Origin: the human T2T-CHM13v2.0 reference genome, Homo sapiens
Direction: 5' to 3' (one strand)
DNA length: 64,000 nucleotides
Assembly (NCBI RefSeq): GCF_009914755.1
Contig: NC_060933.1
A program made the position numbers and the translations under genes. A model generated the notes under the pieces. That model saw only the letters and a list, made by a program, of their open reading frames with translations. It had not been told where the DNA came from and ran no database searches. Positions 20,322-34,236 of the stretch are shown in pieces (the first letter of the stretch is position 1; each line of letters begins with the position of its first letter).

Positions 20322-22271
20322 ACTAAAGTAGAATGGCAGTCGGCCTGATGCCATGCAGTGTGGAATTCACGTACTAGCCTGTGAGTGAAACCTTTTGACA
20401 TTTTTAGAGAGAACTGAAAGTGCAATGGTTTTTATAGGGTCTTTTTGTTTGTTTGTTATTAACCAATTTGAAGTCTGGTACAATGCTAAATTCCGCAGTG
20501 GGACTGGAATTTGGTTTGCCTAGAATAACAGGAAAACAAACTGCTGCTTATAGTGAGAGGTGGTAGAATATAATGGTTAAAAAGAAAACATGATTAAAAT
20601 AAGATGCAACTACACACCTATTCAAATGGCCAAAATCCAAAACACTAATAATATCAAATGCTGGCAAGGATGTTGCGCAACAGGAATTCTCATTCATTGG
20701 GGGTGGGAGCAAAATGATACAGCCACTTTGGAAGACAATTTGGCAGTTTCTTACAAAACTAAATATAGTCTTACCATATAACCCAGCAGTTTCGCTCCTA
20801 AATAATTACTCAAACACTTAGTTAAATTCTAGTCAAATACTTGAGTTAAAAAATTAAATCCACATAAAAACCTACACATGGACATTTATAGCAGCTTTAT
20901 TCATAATGGCCCCAAATTAAAAGCAACCAAAATGCCCTTCAATAGATGAATGGGCAATCCAGACAGTGAAATACTATTCAGCAATAAAAGGAATGAGCTA
21001 TTAAGTCACAAAAAAATATGGAGGATCCCTAACTTACTAAGTGAAAGAAGCTAGTCTGAAAGGCTACATACTCTGATCCCAACTACAGTCATGCACCACA
21101 CAATGACATTTCAGTCAGTGATGGACCATATATACCACTGTATCACATAAGATTATAATGGAGCTGAAAAATTCCTATTACCTACTTATGACATAATCAT
21201 CATAACATCCTAGCACAACACATTCCTCATGTTTGTGATGATCCTGGTGTAAACAAACCTACTGCACTGCCAGGCATATAAAACTATAGCACATGCAATT
21301 ATGTACATAACTTTTTACATACACAAACATTGTACAACTGTATAAAAGTATTTTATTTATATCCTTATCTATAAGCTTTTTTCTATTTTTTAAATTTTTT
21401 AATTCTTTTTTTTACTTTTTAAACTTTTTTGTTAAAAACTAAGACACACACACCTTAGCCTAGGCCTACACAGAGTCAGGATCGCCAATATTACTGTCTT
21501 CCACCTCCACATCTTGTCCCACTGGAATTTCTTCAGGGGCAATAACACACATAGAACTGTCACCTTCTATGATAATGAGGTCTTTTTCTGGAATACCTGG
21601 AAAAATCTGCCTGAGGCTGTTTCACAGTTACCCTGAAAAAAACATAGAGAGTGGCGGTGTCTGTGATGGTCCGGAGCGAGGCCTCGGCCAATCTGGGTGG
21701 CGTGCCCAGCGAGATTAAAGATGCAGTACGCCACGGGGCCACTGCTCAAGTTCCAGATTTGTGTTTCCTGAGGTTATAGGCGGGTGTTTGAGGAGTACAT
21801 GTGGGTTACTAGCCAGGGGTACCCAGACATCCGTATTGAAGGAGAGAATTACCTCCCTCAACCAATGTATAGACACATAGCATCTTTCCTGTCAGTCTTC
21901 AAACTAGTATTAATAGGCTTAATAATTGTTGGCAAGGATCCTTTTGCTTTCTTTGGCATGCAAGCTCCTAGCATCTGGCAGTGGGGCCAAGAAAATAAGG
22001 TCTATGCATGTATGATGGTTTTCTTCTTGAGCAACATGATTGAGAACCAGTGTATGTCAACAGGTGCATTTGAGATAACTTTAAATGATGTACCTGTGTG
22101 GTCTAAGCTGGAATCCGGTCACCTTCCATCCATGCAACAGCTTGTTCAAATTCTTGACAATGAAATGAAGCTCAATGTGCATATGGATTCAATCCCACAC
22201 CATCGATCATAGCACCACCTATCAGCACTGAAAACTCTTTTGCATTAAGGGATCATTCCAAGAGCAGCTTG

Positions 22272-22335
22272 ACTGACATTATGAAGGCCTGTACTGAAGA
22301 GAGCAAGCTGTTAGTACAGACCAAATGCTTTCTTA
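22272..22335 (+). promoter_or_regulatory. Degenerate SECIS element (3' GA of the core missing)
   Basis: ATGA at 22281-84, stem 22286-96 paired with 22312-22, apical AA at 22297-98. The 3' core reads AAAT instead of NGAN. Confidence 0.85.
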
Positions 22336-23452
22336 GCATGCTCGTTGTACCTCTTGGAAAACCTCAATGCAAGATAGCTTTTCCGTGCTGGCATATTTTG
22401 GAATTCTTCACATTCATGGAGTGCAATAATACTGTATAGCTTTCCCCACCCCCCACACAATCACCCAGTTAATGTGTGTTTTTTTTTAAGGTAGACATTA
22501 CTACTTGTAACTTTTTTCCTTAGTCGTATTTGAAAAAGTAGAAAATTGAGTTACAATTTGATTTTTTTTCCAAAGATGTCTGTTAAATCTGTTGTGCTTT
22601 TATATGAATATTTGTTTTTTATAGTTTAAAATTCATCCTTTGGGAATCCAGTTGAAGTTCCCAAATACTTTATAAGAGTTTATCAGACATCTCTAATTTG
22701 GCCATGTCCAGTTTATATAGTTTACAAAATACAGCAGATGCAAGATTATGGGGGAAATCCTATATTCAGAGTACTCTACAAATTTTTGTGTATGTGTGTA
22801 TGTGCGTGTGATTACCAGAGAACTACTAAAAAAACCAACTGCTTTTTAAATCCTATTGTGTAGTTCAAGTGTCATGCCTTGACCAATCTAATGAATTGAT
22901 TAATTAACTGGGCCTTTATACTTAACTAAATAAAAAACTAAGCAGATATGAGTTAAATTTAAAAGTTTCAATTTATTGCTCAATGTTCCTGTTAACATTA
23001 TATTTAACAATTGCTTAAATTTTTGTTTTTGATTTATGGATAATTTCTTAAGAGTACACACTTTAGACACACAAATAATGGTTCATTTACCATCTTTAGG
23101 ATCATTGAAACTCATCTCACTAAAGAAAGTTCACTTGAAGCTCTTTATAGCATTGATACTAGGTGAACAGAAATTACCTGGCTAATAATTTGTCTAACAT
23201 CATATATCAGAATTGTATTGTATATGATGAACAAAACTTAAAATTTTTTTAATTTAATTTTTAAATACTGTTTCAGAGTTCTAAAAAGGCAGTTTTTTAA
23301 AAAACTTAAATTGATAAAGACTGTAAGAATAATTTAGCAGAAATAGAACCACAATGTAGAAAAATAGTCATGTAACAGCAGTAATAACATACTTCAGCTT
23401 CCATATAGGGATAGAAGTGGTAGAGCCAAAAGTTATAAGGAAGTTATAAGGT

Positions 23453-23625
23453 ACAGGTTGAGTATCCCTTTTCCAAAAAATGCTTGGGACAAGAAGTATT
23501 TCAGATTTCATAATTTTTTTCAAAGTTTGGAATATTTGTGTTATACTTACCAGTTGGGCATCCCAAATCTGAAATCTGAAATGTTCATGAGCATTTCCTT
23601 TGAGTGTCATGTTGGCACTCAAAAA
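23453..23625. mobile_element. Tigger4/MER46-like fragment inside the SELENOT 3'UTR copy
   Basis: TA-CAGGTTGAGTATCCC TIR and AGCATTTCCTTTGAGTGTCATGTTGGCACTCAAAA motif. Confidence 0.7.
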
Positions 23626-24103
23626 GGTTCAACATTGAGTCCACTTAACACTTAGGTGTTAGGAGACCTAACTTTCTGTAACCTTATAATTAATTAACCT
23701 TATACTTTGTTTGTCATCGAATATTTGTTGAATGCATGTCAGGTAATAGTCTTGATTGTGATAGCTTCAAGGTGGAACATACTGTAATCTCCAGATGCTA
23801 GGAAGTTAGTCTAATAATTCACTGCAGAAAATTGATTAAATGGCTGTCCTTTTAATTAAGATTATGGAGCCATTAACTTAAGTTCTTCATATAGTGACAA
23901 GAGTCCTTAGAGATTGTTATTCAAGTTCCTTAGAAATTGTTATTTAGGTATAATATCATCTTGTCTTCGACTAGAGCTTGAAACCTTGTTATCTGATTGT
24001 GTACCACTCCAAATTCCCTGCCTTCTGCAAGTTGAATGTCTTGCTGAATGTGTCTAGGGGTTCATCTTCAGTAATCGACATTCCACTAGTGCCAGTTAAC
24101 TTC

Positions 24104-24120
24104 TTTTTTTTTTTTTTTTT
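24104..24120 (-). mobile_element. Solo poly(A) insertion (T17) with a 12-bp TSD
   Basis: CCAGTTAACTTC-T17-CCAGTTAACTTC. Confidence 0.8.
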
Positions 24121-25379
24121 CCAGTTAACTTCATGACATGTAGACATTCAAAACTTGAGCCTTGGATGTTCCTGTGGACCTGACAGTTAAAAATATAAAG
24201 AACCTAAGATTCAAATCCAACTTTCTCTGTTTGCCTTGGGTTGAATAACTTATCTTTTGGAGAACAGCTTTAAGTGCCTTGGACACTGATAAAATTCAGC
24301 TATATTGTTGACACTCATCTCTTTTGTCTTATGCTTAGCCATATTTAAATCTTAAATTTAATAGAGTCTAGTGAAAAAATGAGTGGGAAGAATGAATATA
24401 AAAGTAATAATATAAGGAAAAAGGGAAAGTAAACTATTTAGAATGTAGTTTTGTTATATTCCCAGCATTTCAATATTTATTAGTTACTTGTAAATTACTG
24501 TGGCTGTGTAGCTTATAAATGTCTGTGCACTATATTAATTAGAAGACCATAGAACATGCCAGCAGGTTGGCTAATGCTATGGGGGATTTTACCACAGTTG
24601 CCATTGTGGAAGAAATTATTTGGTACATTAATAAAAAAAGTTGGTAAAACATGGTTTTATACCTCAGTGTATAAGATGTACAAGACAAATATGCTTATTT
24701 CTTTTTCTAGAATATAAGTGATATTATTTGCTTATGACACTAACACTAGGAATGACAGAAGTCAATCAGCCTTTACAGCTATCAAAATATAATGAGATCC
24801 CAATGATGATTCTTTTTTACTTTGAATGTTAATTAGTTTGGGACTTTGATTGGCTGGCAAACATTTTATCATTGTCAGAATTTAATTTAGATTTCAAAAA
24901 TAGCTTGCAGGATTTTAAACATGGTGTGGTATTCTAAAGCCTTTTTTTAAAAAAAGAGATCTTTTTGAGAGAAACAAATGAGCATTGTAAAGTTTGGGGA
25001 CTTACCTCTGCAGCACTGTGAAAATAAACTTTTATTAAGCTGAGAAACAAACAAACAAACAAAAAAACAAATAGAACAAGTACACTAAAATAATAACAAG
25101 CCGAGTATGGTAGATACATAAACAAGTACAATAGTTTGTTTGATATCATTATTGATAACTATGGACTCTAGTTAGTAACAATGTACCAATATTGATTCAT
25201 CAACTATAACAAATGTAACACACCAATGCAAGATGCTAATTATAAAGGAAGCTGTGGGGAGGTAGGAAGCAGTATAGGTGGGAATTCTCTCTACTTTCCA
25301 CTCAATTTTTCTATAAGCCTAAAACTGCTCTAAAAAATAAATTTTATTAATTTATACATATATTTGTAAATGTAGATGA

Positions 25380-25545
25380 TAGATGCAGACTACCTGAGTT
25401 TAAATCCTGGCTTTGTTCCTTACTTAGTTGGGTGAACTAGGCTAGTGATTTAATCTCAACTTTCTTGTGTATAAATTAGAAATACTGCAGTGACTACTAC
25501 ATTATAAGATTGTTTTGAGGATTAATATGCATAATTTCCTTGGAA
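25380..25545 (+). mobile_element. MIR (3' part; probable 5' part at ~20550-20585)
   Basis: CAGACTACCTGAGTTTAAATCCTGGCT... motif. Confidence 0.6.
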
Positions 25546-25622
25546 ACTTGCTATTTAAAATATGGTTCTTAGACATGCAACATTCTCATTCACCTGGGAG
25601 CAAGTTAGAAATGGAGAATTTC

Positions 25623-25945
25623 AGCCAGGTGCAGTGGCTCACACCTATAATCCCAGCACTCTGGGAGGCTGAGGCAGGCAAATCGCTTGAGCCCAGGAGT
25701 TCAAGACAAGCCTGGACAACATGGAGAAACCCCATCTCTACAAAAAATTTTAAAAACTAGTGGGTGTGGTGGCCCATGCCGGTAGTGCCAGCTGAGATGG
25801 GAGGATCGCTCAAGCCTGGGGAGGTCAAGGCTGCAGTGAGCTGTGATTGTGCCACCGCACTCTGGCCTGGGTGGCAGAACAACACCCTGTCTCAAAAAAA
25901 AAAAAAAAAGAAAGAAAGAAAAAGAAAAAGAAAGAAAAGAAAAGA
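25623..25945 (+). mobile_element. AluJ inserted in a MER5-like element
   Basis: TSD AATGGA(G/A)AATTTCA and an (A/G)-rich tail. Confidence 0.85.
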
Positions 25946-26371
25946 ATGGAAAATTTCACACCTCATCTCAGTCATACTAAATCAGCATTTTAACGAGATA
26001 TACAGACTACTTATGCACACATCATTGCACTGATTCATGTGAATGGTTCCCCTAGTCATGCACCATGCGGCCTCTGAGAAAAGCACAATATTGAACTCTA
26101 TCCTAGCCTCCCAGAGATTTTTAACCTCTACTTCTTCCAAGAATTTTTGTTCCTGGACTTAGAAGTCAGGGCAGAGGCAAGCCAGGAAAGGCAGCAAACC
26201 AGTTTAACTTCCTCCTCTCTCTCGTTGCCTTATATCTTCTTTTGCCCCTTTGCTCTCTGCCCCAATCCTCACAATAGTTAACAGCTACTTTACCCAAATA
26301 TCAAACTAGCCAGAGAAGCTACTGAACATGATCATTTAAAAAAAAAAAAAAAAAAAAAAAAGAACTTTCTT

Positions 26372-26670
26372 GGCCAGACGCAGTGGCTCACACCTGTAAT
26401 CCCAGCACTTTGGGAGGCCGAGGCAGGCGGATCACGAGGTCAGGAGATCGAGACCATCCTGGCTAACACGATGAAACTCCATCTCTACTAAAAATACAAA
26501 AAAAATTACCCAGGCGTGGTGGCGGGCGCCTGTAGTCCCAGCTACTCAGGAGGCTGAGGCGGGAGAATGGCGTGAACACGGGAGGCCGAGCTTGCAGTGA
26601 GCCGAGATTGCGCCACTGCACTCCAGCCTGGGAGACAGAGCGAGACTCAGTCTCAAAAAAAAAAAAAAAA
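26372..26670 (+). mobile_element. AluY
   Basis: GGATCACGAGGTCAGGAGATCGAGACCATCCTGGCTAACA and AATGGCGTGAAC diagnostics. Confidence 0.92.
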
Positions 26671-26974
26671 GAACTCTCGCAACTAGGAAACCTCTTCAGC
26701 CATTACTCTTCATCCCTTATTTGTTTGGTTGGGTTTTTTTTGACAATACTAGGACTTGGCCAATCTAAAATTCTAACAAAGCAACTTGCCAAAACTGAGA
26801 AGATATTGACAATCTGCCAGGCAGAGCCATCACAGCTTCCATTCTCATGCTCAAAAACAGAGGCTCCTTCATAGTGTGCCAAAGGTTTCTACTGTGTCAG
26901 TTAAATTCTAGTGAATAAGACCACAGTAGACTAAACTCTTTCCTAAAGCAACCGTCCTCCTTACAGAAGCCTTT

Positions 26975-29030
26975 GTTTTTTTAAAAAATTATATTTTAAT
27001 TTTTATGGGTACATAGTAGGTATGTATATTTATGGATTACATGAGACATTTTGACACAAGCATGCAATAACAATAATAATAATCACATCAGGGTAAATGG
27101 GGTTTCTATCACCTCAAGCATTTATCTTTTGTGTTACAAACCAATTATACTCTTTTTAGTTATTTTTGAATGTACAATCAAATTACTTTTTACTATAGTC
27201 ACCCTGTTGTGCTAGCAAATACTAGGTATTATTCATTCTTTCTATTTTCTTGTACCTATTAACCATCCCTACCTCCTCCCCAACTTTCCCTGTCCCATTG
27301 CTCTTCCCAACATCTGATAACCATCATTCTATTCTACTCTCTTTCTCCATGAGTTCAGTTGTTTTTAATTTTTATCTCCCACAAATAAGTGAGAACATGC
27401 AAGGTTTGCCTTTGTGTGCCTGGCTTATTTCACTTAAGGTAATGACCTCCAGTTCCATCCATGTTGTTGCAAATGACAGAATCTCATTCTTTTTTATGGT
27501 TGAATAATATTCCATAGTGTATATATGCTACATTTTATTTATCCATTCATCTGTTCATGGACACTTAGGTTGCTTCCAAATCTTGGCTATTGTGAATAGG
27601 GCTGCAATAAACATGGAAGTGAAAATATCTCTTCAATGTATCAATTTCCTTTCTTTTGAGCATGTAACTAGGAGTGGGATTGCTGGATCACATGGTAGCT
27701 CTATTTTCAGCTTTTTCAGGAACCTCCAAACTGTTTTTCGTAGTGGTTGTACTACTGTATATTCCACCAACAGTGCATGAGGGTCCCTTTTTCTCCATGT
27801 CCTTACCAGCAGTTGTTATTGCCTGACTTTTGGATAAAAGCCATTTTAACTGGGGTAAGATATCTCATTGCAGTTTTGATTTGCATTTCTCTGATGATCA
27901 ATGCTGTTGTACACCTTTTCATATACCTATTTGCCGTTTGTATATCTTCTTTTGAGAAATGTCTATTCAGATATTTTTCCCATTTTTTTGTCAGATTATT
28001 AGATTATTTACCTACAGAGTTGTTTGAGCTCCTTAGATATTCTAGTTATTAATCCCTTTTTAGATGGATAGTTTGCTAATATTTTCTCCCATTCTGTGAA
28101 TTGTCTCTTCACTTTGTTGATTGTTTCCTTTGCTGTGCAGAAGCTTCTTAACTTGATGTGATCCTATTTGTCCATTTTTGCTTTGGTTGCCTGTGCTTGT
28201 GGGGTATTACTCAAGAAATCTTTGCCCACTCCAATGTCCCAGAGAGTTTCTCCAATGTTTTCTTTTAGTAGTTCCATAGTTTGAGGTCTTAGACTTAAGT
28301 CTTAATCCATTTTTATTTTTGTATATAATGAGAGATAGGGTCTACTTCATTTTATGCATATAGGTATCCAGTTTTCTCAGTACCATTTATTGAAGAGACT
28401 GTCCTTTCCCCAATGTATTAAATATGTTATTGGTACCTTCATCGAAAATGAGTTCACTGTAGATGTATGGGTTTATTTCTGGCTTCTCTATTCTGTTCTG
28501 CTGGTCTATGTGTCTGTTTTTATGCCAGTACCATGCTGTTTTGGTTACTATAGCTCTGTAGTATAAATTGAAATCAGGTAATGTGATTCCTCCAGTTTTG
28601 TTCTTTTCGTGTAGAATAGCTTTGGCTATTCTGGGTCTTTTGTGGTTCTGTATAAATTTTAGGATTGTTTTTTCTATTTCTGTGAAGAATGTCATTGTTA
28701 TTTTGATAGAGATTGCACTGAATCTGTAGATTGCTTTGGATAGTATGGACATTTTACCAATATTGGTCCTTCATATCCATGAACATGGAATCTCTTTCCA
28801 ATTTTAAGGTCCTTTTCAATTTTTTCATCAATATTTGATAGTTTTCATTGTAGAAACCTCTTACTTCTTTGATTAATTCCTAGGTATTTGTTTTATTTGC
28901 AGCTATTGTAAATGGGATTGCTCCATTGTTTTTTTCTTACATTGTTCACTCTTGGCATATAAAAATGCTACTGATTTTTGTATGTTGATTTTTTATCCTG
29001 CAACTTTACTGAATTTGTTCATCAGTTTTT
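26975..29030 (-). mobile_element. L1MA-type 3' 2 kb
   Basis: TGGGTACATAGTAGGT 3' signature. ORF2 peptide 28387-28752. Confidence 0.88.
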
Positions 29031-29734
29031 GAAATAGATTTGTGAGGGCAGTGCATGCATCTTTGAAGAGCATTAGATTAAGAATCTTGTAAAACACTGA
29101 ATACCACAAAAATGAACAAGAGGAAAATTAACAAATCTATAATTTTTAATGCTAAATGCTGTAATTCATGATAAAGATATAACAAGAATATTTATGCATT
29201 AGATACTACAGAAACCAACTTTATGAAACAAAATCTACATGAGCTGCAAGGAGACTTAGAAACATGTTAATAATAGAATATTTTAATATATTAACTCTCA
29301 GCACAAAACAAGTAGACACAAAAAGTAAGGAGATAGCCAATCCAAACAATATACGTAATAACATATATCTTTTAGAGTTATGTTGAACCCTATACCTGAA
29401 AATAGAGAATGCAACTTTTCAAGAACCTGTGTAACACAAATACTGGTCATATATTAGATCACAAAGAAAATACTACTAATTTTCATAATGTAGAAATATT
29501 ACAAACAACACTCCCTGATCACAATATGATAAAACTAGAAAATACTTACAAAAATAAAATCAGAAAGGTCTTTCCACCTGGAAATATTAAAATCTTCTAC
29601 TATTAAACAACTCTGGGTGAAAGAAGAAATACAGCTGAAACTATAGAATATTCAAACAATGACAATGAAAACAACTACATATCAGAATCTATGGGATACA
29701 TAATAACAGCCACCAGAGGAAAATCCATAGCAGC

Positions 29735-30211
29735 TGTTAAGAAAAAAAAAATTACCCATGACATTTGTTAAAACAGTAAAGCAGAGTTTATTCAGGACTA
29801 TTGCAATAGTTACAGGGACTACTACGGTGAGGTTTTGAAGTACAGGAGACTGATTGGGCCCAGCTCCAAAAAGAATAAGGAAAAGGGGGAATTTATAGTC
29901 AAAGAGCAGAGTTGGGAGTAAGGGAGGTCAGTAGATAGAAAATTACTAAGAGAGTAGAGTAATCCTTGCTAAACTGACCTAAAAAGAATCTTGCTAACAG
30001 CAGGCCAAGGTAATCAGATATTACCTGGGAGATGGCGGAGAATGAGGAATTTGATCATATATTTAAGGGTAATCAAATATTGAGGGTGGGGGATTCTAGC
30101 TAAGCTGAGTTAGCAGGATTCTTGCTGAGGACATACCTAAAGATAGTGCCTACTTGAAAAAACAGCTGAAAGGAATCTAACTAGAATTTTATCACGGAAA
30201 GAATCTTTGCA
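29735..30211. mobile_element. ERV1-class solo LTR (MER31-like)
   Basis: TG...CA ends, near 4-bp TSD CAGC/CAGT, TTTATTCAGGAC motif. Confidence 0.6.
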
Positions 30212-30331
30212 CAGTAAACACTTTTAATCAGTAAAGATAAATGATTGAAGATAAATGAATTAAAATTTCAGGTTAAAAAAAAAAACAAAAACAGAACAAT
30301 AAAATAAGCCAAGATAAAGCACAAGGAAGAG

Positions 30332-30634
30332 ACCGGGCACAGTGGCTCACGCCTGTAATCCCAAAACTTTGGGAGGCTGAGGCAGGCAGAGCACTTGAGG
30401 TCAGGAGTTTGAAACCAGCCTGGCCAACGTGGCAAAACTCCATCCTACTAAAAGTACAAAAATTAGCCAGGTGTGGTGGTGGGCGCCTGTAATCCCACCC
30501 ATTTGGGAGGCTGAGACATGAGAATCACTTGAACCCGGGAGGTGGAGGTTGCAGTGAGCTGAGGTCACGCCATACACTCCAGCCTAGGCAACAGAGCGAG
30601 ACTCTGCCTCAAAAAAAAAAAAAAAAAAAAAAAA
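30332..30634 (+). mobile_element. AluS
   Basis: TSD AAGCACAAGGAAG. Confidence 0.9.
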
Positions 30635-31745
30635 GAAGCACAAGGAAGTAACTAATACAGATAAAAGCAGAAATTAATGAGGAAGGGAATAGAAAATTAC
30701 AGTAGACCTAATTAATAAATTAAAATCTTGGGTTTTTGAAAGAACTAAGAAAATATACAAGCCACCAACTAATGTGATCCAGAAAAAAAAAAAGAAATCA
30801 CAAATCTGCAAAATAAGAAATGACAAAGGGAAAATAACTACTGAAAGAAGAAATTTTAAAAATTATAAGATACTATTTTGTTGTATACCTCTATGGAAAT
30901 AAATTTGAAAAACTAGATGGAGTGGATAATTTCCTAGAGAAATACAGATTACCAAATTACAATTAGCTTAAACAAACCACTTTCCATAGAAAAAACATAG
31001 AGAAAGTAAGAATTGCTCCTTACACAAAAACTATCAAGCCCACATGGTTTTCCAGGGAAGGCTTGGTAAGCCTTCAAAGAGCAGATAGTCCCAGTGCTCT
31101 ATAAATTGTTCCAGAGCATTAAAAAACAAGCAAAACATCCCAATTCCCTTTATAAAGCAAGTGGCACTGGTACCTAAACCTGAAGTACATCATATATACC
31201 TAAAATCCATATCTATCTATCCTAGAACCGATGTTTTATTTAACTGGGAAAGACAGGAAGCATTTCCATTAAGATCAGAAAAGAGACCAGCATGCCTGCT
31301 ATCTCGATTACTATTCGATACTTAATTAGGGATACTGGTCAATGCAGTTAGACAAGAGAAATTACTTAGGAGCATAAGAATGGATAAAGAAGAAGTAAAA
31401 ATATTTCTACATTCCAGTGAAAGACAGTATCCCTGGATGACCCTAAAGTATAAGAAAACTAACTTAAACATTTAAAAATATAATAAGGTAGCAGAATATA
31501 AAATTAACATACAAAAATCAACAGCCTTCATATACACAAACAACCAGTTAGACAAATACTACTTGTGACGACAACAAAGAAAACTAAATATTTAATAAGC
31601 TTAGCGTGAGATGTGTGAAAACTATGTGTGGAGAATTTTTTAAATACTTTCAAAAGGCACCAAAGTAGACTTGAACAAATAGACATTGCCTGTCCTTGGA
31701 TAATAAACTAAATATTAAATTGTCAGTTCTTCCTAGTTTAATTTA

Positions 31746-32453
<708 letters not shown>

Positions 32454-33040
32454 TTATATGGAAAAACAAATATAAAAAATTAGCCAGAAGAATGCAAAAA
32501 ACAAAAAGCAAAAGAGAGCAAGTAAATAATAATAAGAGAGCAGATGCTATAACACACTATGAAGTCTCTATAACAAAAATAGTGTGGTTCTGGCACATGA
32601 ATATACAAATAAACCAATTGAATACGATAGAAAGCTCAGAACAGACTTGAGGGCATTTGGAAATTCAGATCTGATAAAGCTGACACCTCAAATCATTAAG
32701 GCAAAGATGGGCTTTTTAATAGTTATCCTGGGAGAACTAAGTAACCATTAGAAAAAGATAAAATTAGATTCATATCTCACATGACATACAAGAATAAACT
32801 CCAAATGGATTAGGAAACTAGACATAAAATATTAAAGCCAGTTGAAACTTAAGTCCCCACAAAAACCTGCACAAATGTTTACAGCAGCTTTATTCATAAT
32901 TGCCAAAACTTGAAAGCAACCAAGAAGCCCTTCAGTAGATGAACAGGTATATACACTTTGGTACATCCAGACAATAGAATATTATTCAGAACTAAAAGGA
33001 AAGCAGCTATCATGCCACAAAAAGATGTGGAAGCAACTTA

Positions 33041-33438
<398 letters not shown>

Positions 33439-33536
33439 CTATATACCATATGATTCCAACCATATGACATTCTGGAAAAGGCAAAACTATGGAGACAGTA
33501 AAAAAAAAAGATTAGTCACTAATTTTTTTTAAAAAG

Positions 33537-33540
<4 letters not shown>

Positions 33541-33580
<40 letters not shown>
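33541..33580. repeat. (CA)20 microsatellite
   Basis: Read directly from the sequence. Confidence 0.97.
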
Positions 33581-33584
<4 letters not shown>

Positions 33585-33629
33585 TATCCTGATCATCTTC
33601 ACTACCTCTCTACTCTGGTTGAATACCTC

Positions 33630-33815
33630 TCCTGTATACTGCCTGGCAATATGCTTCCTTTACTCTTCTTAGATGGTATTATAATTGTTTACTTCTCTGT
33701 GAGAACAGGCATCACACCAGTCATGTTCACCATTTTAGCCCTAGCTCCAGCAGAATGTAAGAATATGGTAGGTACTCAAAAATTATCTGTTGAATGAACA
33801 CAGTAATAAGTGAAC
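33630..33815. mobile_element. L2 3' fragment
   Basis: GTAGGTACTCAAAAATTATCTGTTGAATGAA terminus. Confidence 0.6.
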
Positions 33816-34236
33816 AAAATAAATCTATCCTCACTCCAGCTGATGACTGTATAGCAACAATTCCTCAAACCATTCTTTTCTGGAAGGGTCTGATTTAAGT
33901 CTATGTTGGAAAAACATAGCCAAGTTCCAATTAGAAAAGTTTTCCTGAAGGTCAGACTGACCCCAGAGTGAGCAGCTAATTTTCTAGTGGCCTGTGGGTC
34001 AATCGTACCTTTTATTACTTTTCCAAACATACGAAGGAAGCATTAAACAGCTTGGCTGAGTTTCATCTGTGAAAATGGTCCAGCTCTGGCCCCTGGAATA
34101 AAGTAGAACAGAGCCCCAGTTTAACATTCAGATCACTGCTGCTATTTTCCTTCTTTACCTTTAAGAGTTTCTGAATCCCATCCACCCTGAGCAGGAACTG
34201 TTACACTACATATAACTATAGTTGGAATGTTCTTTT

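Larger units (their letters stand above)
21649..25060 (+). pseudogene. SELENOTP1: Processed pseudogene of selenoprotein T, including a ~2.8-kb 3'UTR
   Basis: Intronless SELENOT CDS (MQYATGPLLKFQICVS-TGA-GYRR...DSIPHHRS), 5'-truncated within the signal peptide. AATAAA at 25023-25028, (AAAC)n tail, TSD AAAAAAAC(AA)ATAGA (21636-21648 / 25061-25075). The parent gene is clear; the P1 numbering is recalled. Confidence 0.95.
21087..25152 (+). mobile_element. Tigger3b-like DNA transposon (parts 21087-21648 and 25076-25152), right TIR missing
   Basis: TA-CAGTCATGCACC..TIR, GGAGCTGAAAAATTCCTAT and TAGCCTAGGCCTACACAG motifs. The element resumes after the retrocopy TSD. Confidence 0.8.
20590..25345 (+). 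mobile_element. L1MC-like 3' region split by Tigger3 and the SELENOT retrocopy (parts 20590-21085 and ~25153-25345)
   Basis: L1 ORF2-end/3'UTR motifs on both sides of the inserts. Confidence 0.7.

Noticed and set aside
19523-25060. GCSH and SELENOT copies as a functional redox or one-carbon gene cluster
   Set aside because: They are independent insertions into different host repeats. The GCSH copy is frameshifted and no promoter is visible, so the adjacency is best explained by chance.
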